Source: Methanopyrus kandleri AV19
GTDB lineage: Archaea; JAADCQ01; Methanopyri; Methanopyrales; Methanopyraceae
Assembly (NCBI RefSeq): GCF_000007185.1
Contig: NC_003551.1
Location: forward strand, 900,001-932,000
Direction: 5' to 3'
DNA: 32,000 nt
The position numbers and the translations under genes are program-made. Under the pieces are notes generated by a model. That model was not told where the DNA came from. It ran no database searches and worked only from the letters and a program-made list of their open reading frames with translations. Positions 8,721-17,638 of the stretch are shown in pieces; position 1 is the first letter of the stretch, and every line of letters starts with the position of its first letter.

Positions 8721-10293
8721 CTACGCGTTGGACAAGGACGGTCGCAGGGACCTCGGCGAGCCAGAGCAAAAGGTCGTCCTGGAACCTAACGGTGGCGAAC
8801 TACTTACCGCAGACACCAGCGGTTCGCTCTTTGGGACTTCCGTCAAGGTGACCGCGGAATGGTGCTGGCCGAAGAACGCACAGGTTGAAGCTCTGAATCT
8901 CAAGTTCGAGTGGCCTTTGACAACGACCGCCCTAGGCAGTGCCTTGTCGGTGACCGTCCGCGTACCGTCGGGTCATCTACTCCGCGACGCTATCCCAACT
9001 CCCGATGACTGGTACCTTAAATGGCTAAGGGACCAATTGAGGGATGAGATAATCAGATCGGCCGATAACGAGCTCCGCTCGCTGTCCCTTTCTGAGGAGG
9101 AAAAGGAGATCGCACGCCGCTGCATCGAGTATAGCGCCAACTTGACCGCCAACACGGCCCGGGGTGACGCGTTCGCCGCCCTCACCCTCGTGGCGCTGTA
9201 CGACCGGCTGGCCTCGCGGATCGCGGAGAAGCTCGGCGTCCACGTTTATCGAGCCGTCCCAGCGTACGTGACCGTCCTGACCGCCTGGCGGGCCGATCTT
9301 TGGGCAATCCTCGAACACGTAAACGAGCGGATATCCAAGCACTCGAAAGTGTTAACGTCGTTAGCGCTTCCGAAGGGATACGACACCCTCAGGCACATTG
9401 CCTTCACGCAGTTCCTAATCTATCAACCCACCCTGGGTCTGGAAGTGTACGGACCATCCCTCGAGGCCCGAGCCGTCAACGCGGTACTCTCCCTACTACT
9501 CCCGGGTCTCGAGCAGACGATCCTCGAGATCGGCAGGGGAGCCTCGGTAGCCGAAGGAGATCGGGTCGATGTCGATTGGCAGGAAGTCCGGGACAAGCTG
9601 GGGAACAATCTGAGAGAAATCGGGATCAAGGATCCCGAAGGTACCGCGCAGGAGATCGTCGAGGCCTTAAAGTACCTGACCGAGTTAGTGAAGTACGAGG
9701 ACATGGACGAGCGGCTGAAGTCCGCGGGCGTTCAGAGGTACGTCGATCCCTTCCTCGAACGCGTTCCTGTTATCTTCAACCGCACCCCTAGCCTCGAGGC
9801 GGCGGTACTATCTTACACGGACGTGGCCACGTGGACGACCACGATCTACACGCTCTTCCCCGTTCCGAGCAAAGGTGCGAGTACTCCCTCCGGTTGCTTC
9901 TGCGGTCCAATGACCGATAACCTGAAGAGGTTCTGGAATAGCTTGGCTGACAGCATCTTATACTTCCTAGCTTACCACGCCCTAGGAAACGCCGCTATTT
10001 CATTAGCAATTTCGCTTCTCATTGGCGGTGCAATAGGAGAAATAGCAGCCGGCGTGCTGACGCCTGTCATTGTAGCGGCAATTAAGGCCGGGTACTTTAA
10101 CGATTGGAGTGACTGGAACAAGCTAAAAATGTTCGCAAATGAGACTGCGAGCACTGCCCCCGCCTCCTTTACCGCAAAACTGCAGTGGGCCATCCACTGT
10201 TATGGGGGAGGTAGGGCGAAAGCCATAGCGACGACGGTCTCTTTCGCTTTTGCTTACCTATCGAGCGTTTGTACCGGGGCGAAACTGCCGTAG
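8194..10293 (+). CDS. large protein: module C, then long helical region and C-terminal hydrophobic helices; no own signal peptide
   Basis: Frame is open from 8128, GTG at 8194. Helical middle domain, then hydrophobic stretches NAAISLAISLLIGGAIGEIAAGVLTPVIVAAIKAG and AIATTVSFAFAYLSSVC. Confidence 0.75.
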   Translation: MGNDIVPIELHTRAFDAVGTRIILPEDKHVTAVYVLYAATCWWDKDGNPVDAVPMTVCYDDGSAYSTSVGIIDWCATDPRAYDDEKRRVAAACAVLPQLEAHWVRGEPLVYQTPTLVFPKRVFADGREEPNTKRPILWLLKLVFPPDKRPTWIEFGYHPGHLWVLAITVRTTDGKYYALDKDGRRDLGEPEQKVVLEPNGGELLTADTSGSLFGTSVKVTAEWCWPKNAQVEALNLKFEWPLTTTALGSALSVTVRVPSGHLLRDAIPTPDDWYLKWLRDQLRDEIIRSADNELRSLSLSEEEKEIARRCIEYSANLTANTARGDAFAALTLVALYDRLASRIAEKLGVHVYRAVPAYVTVLTAWRADLWAILEHVNERISKHSKVLTSLALPKGYDTLRHIAFTQFLIYQPTLGLEVYGPSLEARAVNAVLSLLLPGLEQTILEIGRGASVAEGDRVDVDWQEVRDKLGNNLREIGIKDPEGTAQEIVEALKYLTELVKYEDMDERLKSAGVQRYVDPFLERVPVIFNRTPSLEAAVLSYTDVATWTTTIYTLFPVPSKGASTPSGCFCGPMTDNLKRFWNSLADSILYFLAYHALGNAAISLAISLLIGGAIGEIAAGVLTPVIVAAIKAGYFNDWSDWNKLKMFANETASTAPASFTAKLQWAIHCYGGGRAKAIATTVSFAFAYLSSVCTGAKLP

Positions 10294-10304
10294 GGGGCTC
10301 TCGG

Positions 10305-11270
10305 GTGGGTGATCCTTGGGAGGAGTTGGAACGCTTCTCAGACCCGGAATTACTCGAATTCTCCAAGCGCCTCGACGTCGAACTCTCCGGAGAAGAGTTG
10401 AAAGCCACTAAAAGGCGGGTTGAGCACGTTGAGTCACTGAAAATTAAGTGTATAATAGTCATTCCGATACTCGCTCTTGTAGGGTTAGCTATAAATGGTA
10501 AAATGCTTTCCATCCTCGCCAGCATTTATTATGAGTATCCTGCTTACGCGCTAACGCACGCCGCAGCAGTCCTAGCCTGGGATGTCGCCGTTATCTACAT
10601 GCTCCGACCGGGGTTATACAGGAAGGAAAAGCGCGCGCTCGAGCTCGCCCTACGTGTCAAAAAGCCCGTGCTCGCATATTTTTCACTTTACCACCCCTTG
10701 ACGGCGCCATTGGCTGGGTTTATCATACTGATATTCTCCTCGTACAAGCCATTACATATCCTATATAAGAACCCTAAAGGAGCTATAATAATGGTGATAG
10801 CGTATCATGTTCAGATATTTATACCGTTAATATCATATCTTGTACTTAGACTAACAAGAACCCCTGTAATACTATCATACAGCTTGATAGTGACTAAATT
10901 TGCAGTTGGACGACCGGTGGCCGTCGAGAAACTCTGGCAAGAGGCTCGCGAATATCGACCGTTAACGTTACCCCGAGTAGCGTTCATCGGGGTCTCCCTC
11001 GCGTCGACCATAGGCATGCTCCTACTCATAGGCTTGGTTAGATTGCTTCACATCGAGTACTCTACCAAGGGTATAGAAACGATCGCCCGAATGGCTCCAT
11101 TAGTAACGTTAGGAGTGACTCCAATAGTCACTGTCAAAGCGCGTAACTTACTCGCTAGGGTACCACCGACGACAATCGCAGAGGGAATCTTGACAGCCCT
11201 CAACGTACTGGCCGCGTTCACGTATACCATCCCCTTTTTCGTGATTCTACTGTATTATTGCCTCCCGTGA
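10305..11270 (+). CDS. polytopic membrane protein with ~50-aa cytosolic N-terminus
   Basis: GTG at 10305 (VGDPWEELERFSDPELLEFSKRLDV...) in frame with track ORF 10269..11270; at least six hydrophobic helices. Confidence 0.75.
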   Translation: MGDPWEELERFSDPELLEFSKRLDVELSGEELKATKRRVEHVESLKIKCIIVIPILALVGLAINGKMLSILASIYYEYPAYALTHAAAVLAWDVAVIYMLRPGLYRKEKRALELALRVKKPVLAYFSLYHPLTAPLAGFIILIFSSYKPLHILYKNPKGAIIMVIAYHVQIFIPLISYLVLRLTRTPVILSYSLIVTKFAVGRPVAVEKLWQEAREYRPLTLPRVAFIGVSLASTIGMLLLIGLVRLLHIEYSTKGIETIARMAPLVTLGVTPIVTVKARNLLARVPPTTIAEGILTALNVLAAFTYTIPFFVILLYYCLP

Positions 11271-11317
11271 AGTTAATACTGGAGACTTCATCACAGTGGA
11301 CCAACCCCGTGTAACCC

Positions 11318-11363
11318 GAGTGGGTGATCTTGGGAGGAGTTGGAGCGTTCTTCCGACCCGGAA
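11318..11363 (+). pseudogene. decayed copy of the 5' end of the 10305 gene
   Basis: 11320-11363 matches 10305-10349 at ~40/45 positions by hand alignment; one missing C frameshifts it and a stop follows shortly (VGDLGRSWSVLPTRNSDPHADV*). Confidence 0.75.
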
Positions 11364-11453
11364 CTCCGATCCCCACGCCGACGTCTGAGCGGCATCCGGT
11401 GGATCGGAACCGCGCGTCAACCGAACGGTGTCCGCCAGGAATCCCTCAACGTT

Positions 11454-11588
11454 CGGTAAGAATGTTTATGCATCAATTACCACAAATACTCTTACTAGTA
11501 TCACACTATTTATGTATTGTCTACTGGTGATCATCCGATAATAGTAATACAATCGTTCAGGTTTGGTGGAGAGTGTGAAGGACGTTAA
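11454..11588 (+). repeat. non-coding direct repeat, copy 1
   Basis: CGGTAAGAATGTTTATGCATC...GTCTACTGGTGATCATCCGATAATAGTAATACAATCGTTCA...; first 106 nt align ungapped with 11706-11811 at ~72/106. Confidence 0.7.
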
Positions 11589-11651
11589 AGTGGGGGAATC
11601 AGTGTATCCGTAGCCCAGCCCGTTCAACACCAGTTATAACCCCGAACGTGA

Positions 11652-11665
11652 GGGAACGCGTTCCC
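11652..11665. repeat. 14-bp perfect palindrome GGGAACGCGTTCCC between the two direct repeats
   Basis: Read directly from the sequence. Confidence 0.7.
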
Positions 11666-11705
11666 GTAGGAACGGGCGGGGAGAGCCCACCGCGATGTCC
11701 GTACT

Positions 11706-11840
11706 CGGTAAGAACGTTCACCCACTATCCATCGGAAGTTGTATTGCTGATATCACATTATCTACGAATCGTCTACGTATGACTATTCGACGATGGTAAT
11801 ACGATCGTTCAAAATTAGCGGCGGGTACGAGGGAGGTTAA
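11706..11840 (+). repeat. non-coding direct repeat, copy 2
   Basis: CGGTAAGAACGTTCACCCACTATCC...GTCTACGTATGACTATTCGACGATGGTAATACGATCGTTCA...; same length as copy 1, most differences are transitions. Confidence 0.7.
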
Positions 11841-11950
11841 CCCTGAGAACGCGTACCGGTGAATTAACCGGTTCGATCCCTGTCTTGACGTGCTCCTACG
11901 GCGCGTCTCATGTCGTGATTATCGATGGGAGATCCCGGAGGCCGGCGCGG

Positions 11951-12499
11951 TCACCCGACCCTCCGTTCCAACGCCCTGCGGAACGCCTCCGCCAGCTCCT
12001 CCTCGTACCCCACCAGGTACACCGCCCTCACGCTCTCCAGCTCGGGTGCCAGCCTCTCGATGACCTCGACCATGGTCTCCGCGGCGTCCTCGTACGGTAC
12101 GCCGCCCACTCCCGTGCCCATCCCCGGGAACGCGACCGACTCGACGCCGAGTTCTTCGGCCTTCCGGAGCGCGGCCTCCGTGGCCTCGCGCACGTTCTCG
12201 ACGCCGATCCTCTGGGCCGGCCGTTCCATGGTGGGGGCGTGGATCACGTACTCGGCGTCGAGATCACCCGCCGTGGTCTCGACGGCCTCTCCGACCGGGA
12301 TGAGCGCCTTCTCCATCGCCTCCCGCTCGATCTCCTCCCCACCTTTCGCCTTGATGGCCGCCGCTACGCCACCTCCCATGACGCCGCGGCTGTTGGCGGG
12401 GTTGACGACGGCGTCGGCGTTGAGCTCGGTTATATCCCCTCTTAAAACGACGACCTTTATATCCTCCAATTCGAACTCGGCGACCCTCTCAAGCTCCAT
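11951..12499 (-). CDS. Macro domain (ADP-ribose-binding) protein; likely ATG at 12499 (track ORF extends to 12541)
   Basis: LRGDITELNADAVVNPANSRGVMGGGVAAAIKAKGG, ...AFPGMGTGVGGVPYEDAA. Confidence 0.93.
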   Translation of the reverse strand: MELERVAEFELEDIKVVVLRGDITELNADAVVNPANSRGVMGGGVAAAIKAKGGEEIEREAMEKALIPVGEAVETTAGDLDAEYVIHAPTMERPAQRIGVENVREATEAALRKAEELGVESVAFPGMGTGVGGVPYEDAAETMVEVIERLAPELESVRAVYLVGYEEELAEAFRRALERRVG

Positions 12500-12954
12500 G
12501 CGATCCGCCCCCGGGCCTCGGCAACCCCGTCGTCTCCTCACATCTCGGCTGGCACGGTGGTCCCCATCGGCCTCGGGCCCCGTCGTACTCGTCAGCGGGT
12601 TTCCTCGGCAGGGACAATGCTCGTCACCGGCCCGGACGCGCCCGGTGATCGGGCGCGCCCTCGAGACGACGTTCTCGCCGGCCCGGTTGGGGGACGGCGG
12701 GTCGCCCTTCCCCGGGTTAGGGGACGCCCGTCGGCGGTCCTTCCCGGGTGTGCCCGGCGGCTTGCCCGCCCCCTCATCCCGCCCGGAGCGGGCCGTCGGG
12801 GACGGCCTCGACCGGTGTGACCGGGCTACCGACGGGCCGGATCACCGGGGGCGGCGGGGGAGGCCGCCCGATCCTGACCGGCCGTACTCCCGAACCGGTG
12901 AACGGCCTTAAACCGTGTTCGGTCCGCGCGCTCCCCGTCCGGGGGAGTGATCGG

Positions 12955-13887
12955 GTGGATCCTTGGTCGGCGTTGGCCGTCATGATGGGGTGCTTCGTCG
13001 GGTTCCACTTCCTCTCGGAACTGCTCGTGGACGCCACGGTCGGCCTCGCCCGGAAATACGGTCTCTCGGAGTCGGTCGCCGGGGCCACCCTCGCGGCGAT
13101 CGGGACCAGCGCACCCGAGTTCGGCTCCTCGCTGAGCTCGATCCTGCTCGAACACCCGAACGTGGGTGTGGGTACCATCCTCGGATCGGCCGTGTACAAC
13201 GTCACCGTCATACCCGGGCTCGCGGCGCTCGCCGCGGGCGGTCTGACCCTCGAGCGTGCCGTGTACCGTCGAGACGTCCTCTTCTACCTCCTCGCGCTCG
13301 TGGTCGTGCTCGTCAGTCTCTGGGACCGGGTGGTCCTCCGCGTCGAGGCGCTCGCGTGGGTGGCGTTGTACGGGCTCTACGTCCTCCTCATGAGACGGAC
13401 CGACGAGAGTACCATCGGGGCCGAGGGCGACACCGGCGAGGCCTCGCTGCGGAGCCTCGTCGTCCGGGTATCGGTGGCCGTGGTCGGGATCGCGGCGCTC
13501 TCCGACCTGATGGTCCGGGCGACCGTCGACTTCTGCGAGGGGTTCGGTCTGTCCGAGTCGAGGGTGAGCCTGCTCCTGAACGCCGCGGGCACGTCGGTGC
13601 CCGACACCCTGGCCTCGGTGCACGCGGCCCGTCGGGGTTTCGGGAGCCTGGCGGTCTCGAACGCCGTCGGGAGCAACACGTTCGACCTCCTCGTCTGTTT
13701 GGGGGTTCCACTGTCGCTCGTGTCCCGGACACCGGTCCACGGGGAGTTGGGGGCGACGGTGCTGGCGCTGGTCGGCTGCGTGGTGCTCCTGTACCTGGTC
13801 ACGGTGGACGGGAAGCTTCGCAACGTGGAGGCGCTGGCGCTGCTGGGGGCGTACGCCGCGTTCGTGGCGTGCTTACTGGTATTATAA
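12955..13887 (+). CDS. CaCA family Na+/Ca2+ exchanger-type cation antiporter (likely GTG at 12955; track ORF starts 12748)
   Basis: Two inverted-topology repeats: SESVAGATLAAIGTSAPEFGSSL...ILGSAVYNVTVIPG and SESRVSLLLNAAGTSVPDTLASV...AVSNAVGSNTFDLLVCLG. Confidence 0.9.
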   Translation: MDPWSALAVMMGCFVGFHFLSELLVDATVGLARKYGLSESVAGATLAAIGTSAPEFGSSLSSILLEHPNVGVGTILGSAVYNVTVIPGLAALAAGGLTLERAVYRRDVLFYLLALVVVLVSLWDRVVLRVEALAWVALYGLYVLLMRRTDESTIGAEGDTGEASLRSLVVRVSVAVVGIAALSDLMVRATVDFCEGFGLSESRVSLLLNAAGTSVPDTLASVHAARRGFGSLAVSNAVGSNTFDLLVCLGVPLSLVSRTPVHGELGATVLALVGCVVLLYLVTVDGKLRNVEALALLGAYAAFVACLLVL

Positions 13888-14042
13888 GAGAGGAACCTTC
13901 GACGTACCCGGGCACTTGAAGACTCCCGGTCCCTAGTAGGCCCACCGGAACCGCGCACCCCTGAGGGTCGGTGCTAACTAATACCCCCCACCTCACGGAG
14001 AGGAGGGGTGCGGGGCCCGCGGAACCGATGGGGAGTCGTACC

Positions 14043-15068
14043 ATGTCCGATGGTGCACTCCGCGAGTGGGAGGGGCGAACCTGGGAGGAGGTGGACGGGA
14101 AGGTACGGTGTTTGGTGTGCCCGCGGAAGTGCGTGATCCCCGAGGGGGAGCGGGGGTTCTGTCGCGTCCGGGAGAACCGGGACGGCGAGCTCGTCTTGCT
14201 GATCCACGGGAAGGTCAGTACGGCGGTCCCGGACCCCATCGAGAAGAAGCCCCTGTTCCACTACAAGCCGGGTACGGACGTGTTCTCCCTGGGCACCGTC
14301 GGGTGCAACTTCCGGTGTAGACACTGTCAGAACTGGCAGATCAGCCAGGCGGGGCCGGAGGAGGTCCCGCTGGAGGAGTGGCCCCCGGAGCGGATCGTCG
14401 GGGCCGCGAAGCGTACCGGGTGCGAGAGCGTGGCGTTCACCTACAACGAACCGATCATCGGCCTGGAGTACACGCTCGAGACCTTCGAGGCTTGTCGCGA
14501 GGAGGGGCTAGGGTGCGTCTACGTGACCAACGGGTTCGCGACGAGACGGACCGCGAAGATACTCGGCGAGGTCCTGGACGCGGCCAACGTCGACCTCAAG
14601 GCGTTCACCGAGGACTTCTACCGCGACGTCGCGAAGGCCTGGTTGAAGCCCGTCCTCCGCACGTGCAAGATCTGGAAGGATATGGGCGTACACGTCGAGC
14701 TGACCACCTTGGTGATTCCCGGGTACAACGACTCCGAGGAGGAAGCGCGGCGGATCGCACGATGGATACGGAAGGAGTTGGGTCCCGATACCCCGTGGCA
14801 CGTGAGCAGGTTCCACCCGGACTACAGGATGCTCGACGTGCCGCCGACGCCCGTCGAGACCATCGAGAAGTTCGTCGAGATAGGCTACGAGGAGGGCCTC
14901 TACTACGTGTACGCGGGTAACGTTCCGGGCCACAAGTACGAGAACACGTACTGCCCGGAGTGTAAGGAGCCGGTCGTGGTGCGCCGTGGGTTCTCGATAG
15001 TGAAGATGCACGTCACCGACGACTTCCACTGCGAGCACTGCGACGCCGAGCTACACTTCGTGACCTGA
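14043..15068 (+). CDS. amrS: AmmeMemoRadiSam system radical SAM enzyme (upstream in-frame starts to 13971 possible)
   Basis: CLVCPRKCVIPEGERGFCRVRENRDG, FSLGTVGCNFRCRHCQNWQISQ (CxxxCxxC), YNEPIIGLEY, VYAGNVPGHKYENTYCPECKE. Confidence 0.92.
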   Translation: MSDGALREWEGRTWEEVDGKVRCLVCPRKCVIPEGERGFCRVRENRDGELVLLIHGKVSTAVPDPIEKKPLFHYKPGTDVFSLGTVGCNFRCRHCQNWQISQAGPEEVPLEEWPPERIVGAAKRTGCESVAFTYNEPIIGLEYTLETFEACREEGLGCVYVTNGFATRRTAKILGEVLDAANVDLKAFTEDFYRDVAKAWLKPVLRTCKIWKDMGVHVELTTLVIPGYNDSEEEARRIARWIRKELGPDTPWHVSRFHPDYRMLDVPPTPVETIEKFVEIGYEEGLYYVYAGNVPGHKYENTYCPECKEPVVVRRGFSIVKMHVTDDFHCEHCDAELHFVT

Positions 15069-15261
15069 GTCGGCCAATCGAGGCGTCTTCATCGCCTCTC
15101 CGGCTCCAGACGGCCCACACTCGTCATCCTTCCAGTGAGCCTTATCGTCGGGGACCGACTCGGGGGTGTGTGAACGCGTTCCGTGACTCCGGTGGAGGTC
15201 GGGGACGCACCGGGCGGAGCGAGTTTAAGGCAGGTACCGGGGCGGCGGTCGGGGTGAGAGC

Positions 15262-16077
15262 GTGAGGGCTTACCTCGAGCTCGCACGGCCTATCAACTGC
15301 GCGATGGCCGCTTTGGGAGTGGTCGTGGGTGAACTGATCGCGGGAGCCAGGCTCGACGTCGGGGCGGTCCTCGCGCCGGTGGTCGCCGCGGTCGTGTGTG
15401 CGGGAGGGAACGCCATCAACGACTACTTCGACGCCGAGGTCGACGCCGTGAACAGGCCGGATAGGCCGATCCCGAGCGGTAGGGTGTCCCCACGGTCGGC
15501 CCGGATGTTCGCCCTCGGCTGCTTCGCCGTCGGGGTCGGGATGGCCACCGTAATCAACCGGATGTGTCTGGCGATCGCCGCCCTGAACTCCGTTCTACTC
15601 TACCTGTACTCGTGGCGCCTGAAGGGGACTCCCTTGATCGGGAACGTCATGGTCTCCTACCTGGTGGGATCCTGCTTCCTGTTCGGAGCCGCGGTGGGTC
15701 AGCGGCCGGCGCCCGCGGTGTGGCTCTTCTTACTGGCTTTCCTGGCGAACCTGGTGCGCGAGATCCTCAAGGACCTGGAGGACGTCGAGGGGGACGCGGC
15801 GCTCGGTCTCAAGACGCTCCCGATCGCGTACGGCGAGGGGGTCGCCCTCCGGGTGGCGACGGTGTTCGCGATCGCGCTGGCCGTCCTCACGCCGCTACCC
15901 TACCTGGACGGTGTCGTCGGGTGGCCGTATCTGGTCCTGGCCCTACCCGCCGCCGCGGTCATACTCCTGGCCTCGGTCCTAGCGGTCGCCGGGAGCTGGG
16001 ACGCGGGTAAGGCGCAGCGGGTGGTCAAGGTGGGGATGCTGCTGGGGCTGCTGGCCTTCCTGGCGTCACTCCTCTAG
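15262..16077 (+). CDS. UbiA-family prenyltransferase, probable digeranylgeranylglyceryl phosphate synthase
   Basis: ELARPINCAMAALGVVVG, NAINDYFDAEVDAVNRPDRPIPSG, DVEGDAALGLKTLPIAYG. Confidence 0.9.
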   Translation: MRAYLELARPINCAMAALGVVVGELIAGARLDVGAVLAPVVAAVVCAGGNAINDYFDAEVDAVNRPDRPIPSGRVSPRSARMFALGCFAVGVGMATVINRMCLAIAALNSVLLYLYSWRLKGTPLIGNVMVSYLVGSCFLFGAAVGQRPAPAVWLFLLAFLANLVREILKDLEDVEGDAALGLKTLPIAYGEGVALRVATVFAIALAVLTPLPYLDGVVGWPYLVLALPAAAVILLASVLAVAGSWDAGKAQRVVKVGMLLGLLAFLASLL

Positions 16078-17193
16078 ATCCTCGAACCTGTCCTCGAGCT
16101 TCTTCAGTACGTCCGGTAGCGTCGTGTACTCCAGCTCCTCCTCGGACAGCAGGTGCGGCTGGAACGGTCCGTGTCTCCGGATGTAGTCCGCCACCTCGTT
16201 CGCGATCTCCCTCGCCCGGTCGAACGCGGGGTCCGCGAACAGGTCCTGCGGGCCGACCAGCTCTCCGTTCCTCAGCTGGAACCCGAGCGCTATGATCCTT
16301 GGTGGACCGTCGAACCTCGTCGGGTGCGCCTCCTCCTCCGATACGGGCATCAGCGGACCGTTGTGGCTACCCCTCATCCATCCGGCCACGAGGTGCGGGA
16401 ACGTGAACGGTTCGAGCACCTCGCCGACGGCGGGGAACCCGCTCTGGCACCGCACGATGGCGACCGGGTCGTCCTTACCCACGTACTCGCCAGCGATCAG
16501 GTTCAGCCGCTCCGTGCTCGTCACGGCCGCGATGCGCTCGGCCTCGTCCCCGTCTCCCTTCTTGTACACGCGCTTGATCGCGTAGCGCTGGGTCTGACCG
16601 ATCAGGGCGAGCAGATCGTACATCTCCTCGGGACACTTCAGGATGACCTTCTTCTGGTCGATAACGTCGTGAACCTCGAACTCGAACCCGTCGTGCATGC
16701 TCGGATCCAGCACCAGACCGGCCGTGTTGTTCGGGTCCGCGAAGATCCGGAACAGGGGCAGGTTGAACGCGCTCGGCTCGGTCTTGTCGCAGCAGAACAC
16801 GATGATCGGCTCGCTCGGACGCTCCACCAGCTCCATCTCCGCCGCGCCGGGACCGAGCCCGCGCACGTTACCGCTGAACGCGTCGGACAGCAGGTCCTGA
16901 CCGGCGCCGTACAGCTTCAGGTCCTCCGCGACCTTCGTGGCCTCCTGGAACGCGTTCCACGCGAGCTCGTGCACCTTCTCGTCGTCCTCACCACGCGTGT
17001 GCGTCATGATGAGGTCGATATCGTCACCGCACCGCGTCACGTAGTAATCGATGATCACCTCATCCACGGCATCTTCGAGGACTCCCTCACAGGCCTCCAG
17101 AAGATCCGGGTGAACCTCCGAGTGACCCGGGAAACCTCCCACGTCCGCCTTGATCACGCTCACGGTGACCTTCTCCTCGGCCACCGAAACCAC
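16066..17193 (-). CDS. fbp: Fructose-1,6-bisphosphate aldolase/phosphatase (archaeal)
   Basis: VTVSVIKADVGGFPGHSEVHPDLLE, DLIMTHTRGEDDEKVHELAWNAF, GLVLDPSMHDGFEFEVHDV; convergent 12-bp overlap with the UbiA gene. Confidence 0.95.
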   Translation of the reverse strand: MVSVAEEKVTVSVIKADVGGFPGHSEVHPDLLEACEGVLEDAVDEVIIDYYVTRCGDDIDLIMTHTRGEDDEKVHELAWNAFQEATKVAEDLKLYGAGQDLLSDAFSGNVRGLGPGAAEMELVERPSEPIIVFCCDKTEPSAFNLPLFRIFADPNNTAGLVLDPSMHDGFEFEVHDVIDQKKVILKCPEEMYDLLALIGQTQRYAIKRVYKKGDGDEAERIAAVTSTERLNLIAGEYVGKDDPVAIVRCQSGFPAVGEVLEPFTFPHLVAGWMRGSHNGPLMPVSEEEAHPTRFDGPPRIIALGFQLRNGELVGPQDLFADPAFDRAREIANEVADYIRRHGPFQPHLLSEEELEYTTLPDVLKKLEDRFEDLEE

Positions 17194-17239
17194 CCCCTAC
17201 CGACCGGCCATCACCCGTATTAAAAGGGGCTTCGGTCAC

Positions 17240-17590
17240 TCACTCGCCCTGCAACCGCATGATAGCTTCCGCGAGGTCCCCACCGGTCTCTTCGAGTGCC
17301 TTCCTAGCCTCCTCCTCGGAGACCCCGGCCTGCTCCGCGACCAACTTCACGTCCTCGTCCGTGAACGGCTCCTCCTCCGGCTTCTCCCGCTTCGCCTTCC
17401 CGGCCACCTGGTAGAACTCCTGGTTCATGATCTTCATCCGGATGACCTGTGGCTTCTCGAAGACGAGCTTCGAACCGTCCTTGAGGTGGATCTCCACCCG
17501 TTCCACGCCGCTGATAGGTTCCTGCTCCATGCCCATCTCACGCATGAGTCTCTGCAACTTCCTTGGGTCGATCTTGCCGCCTGGGAACAA
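17240..17590 (-). CDS. nac: Nascent polypeptide-associated complex protein (NAC + UBA)
   Basis: [21 protein letters not shown]...[50 protein letters not shown]. Confidence 0.93.
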
Positions 17591-17638
17591 TTCCCGTCCC
17601 CCTCCCTCCCCGGGCGAATCCGGCGATAAAAGGATTAA

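Noticed and set aside
11324-11530. 68-aa ORF MILGGVGAFFRPG...
   Set aside because: Overlaps the gene-start relic and repeat copy 1; reads as chance ORF.
11454-11840. CRISPR array
   Set aside because: Only two long, diverged copies with ~117-bp spacing, not multiple near-identical 25-40 bp repeats with uniform spacers.
11831-11890. Complete tRNA gene
   Set aside because: Only the TTCGATCC-like core is present; no five-pair T stem, anticodon arm or acceptor stem.
11885-12911. Plus-strand ORFs over the macro-domain gene
   Set aside because: Macro-domain motifs are unambiguous on the minus strand.
16153-17223. 356-aa plus-strand ORF opposite fbp
   Set aside because: Antisense reading of the archaeal FBP aldolase/phosphatase; His/Arg-rich artefact.
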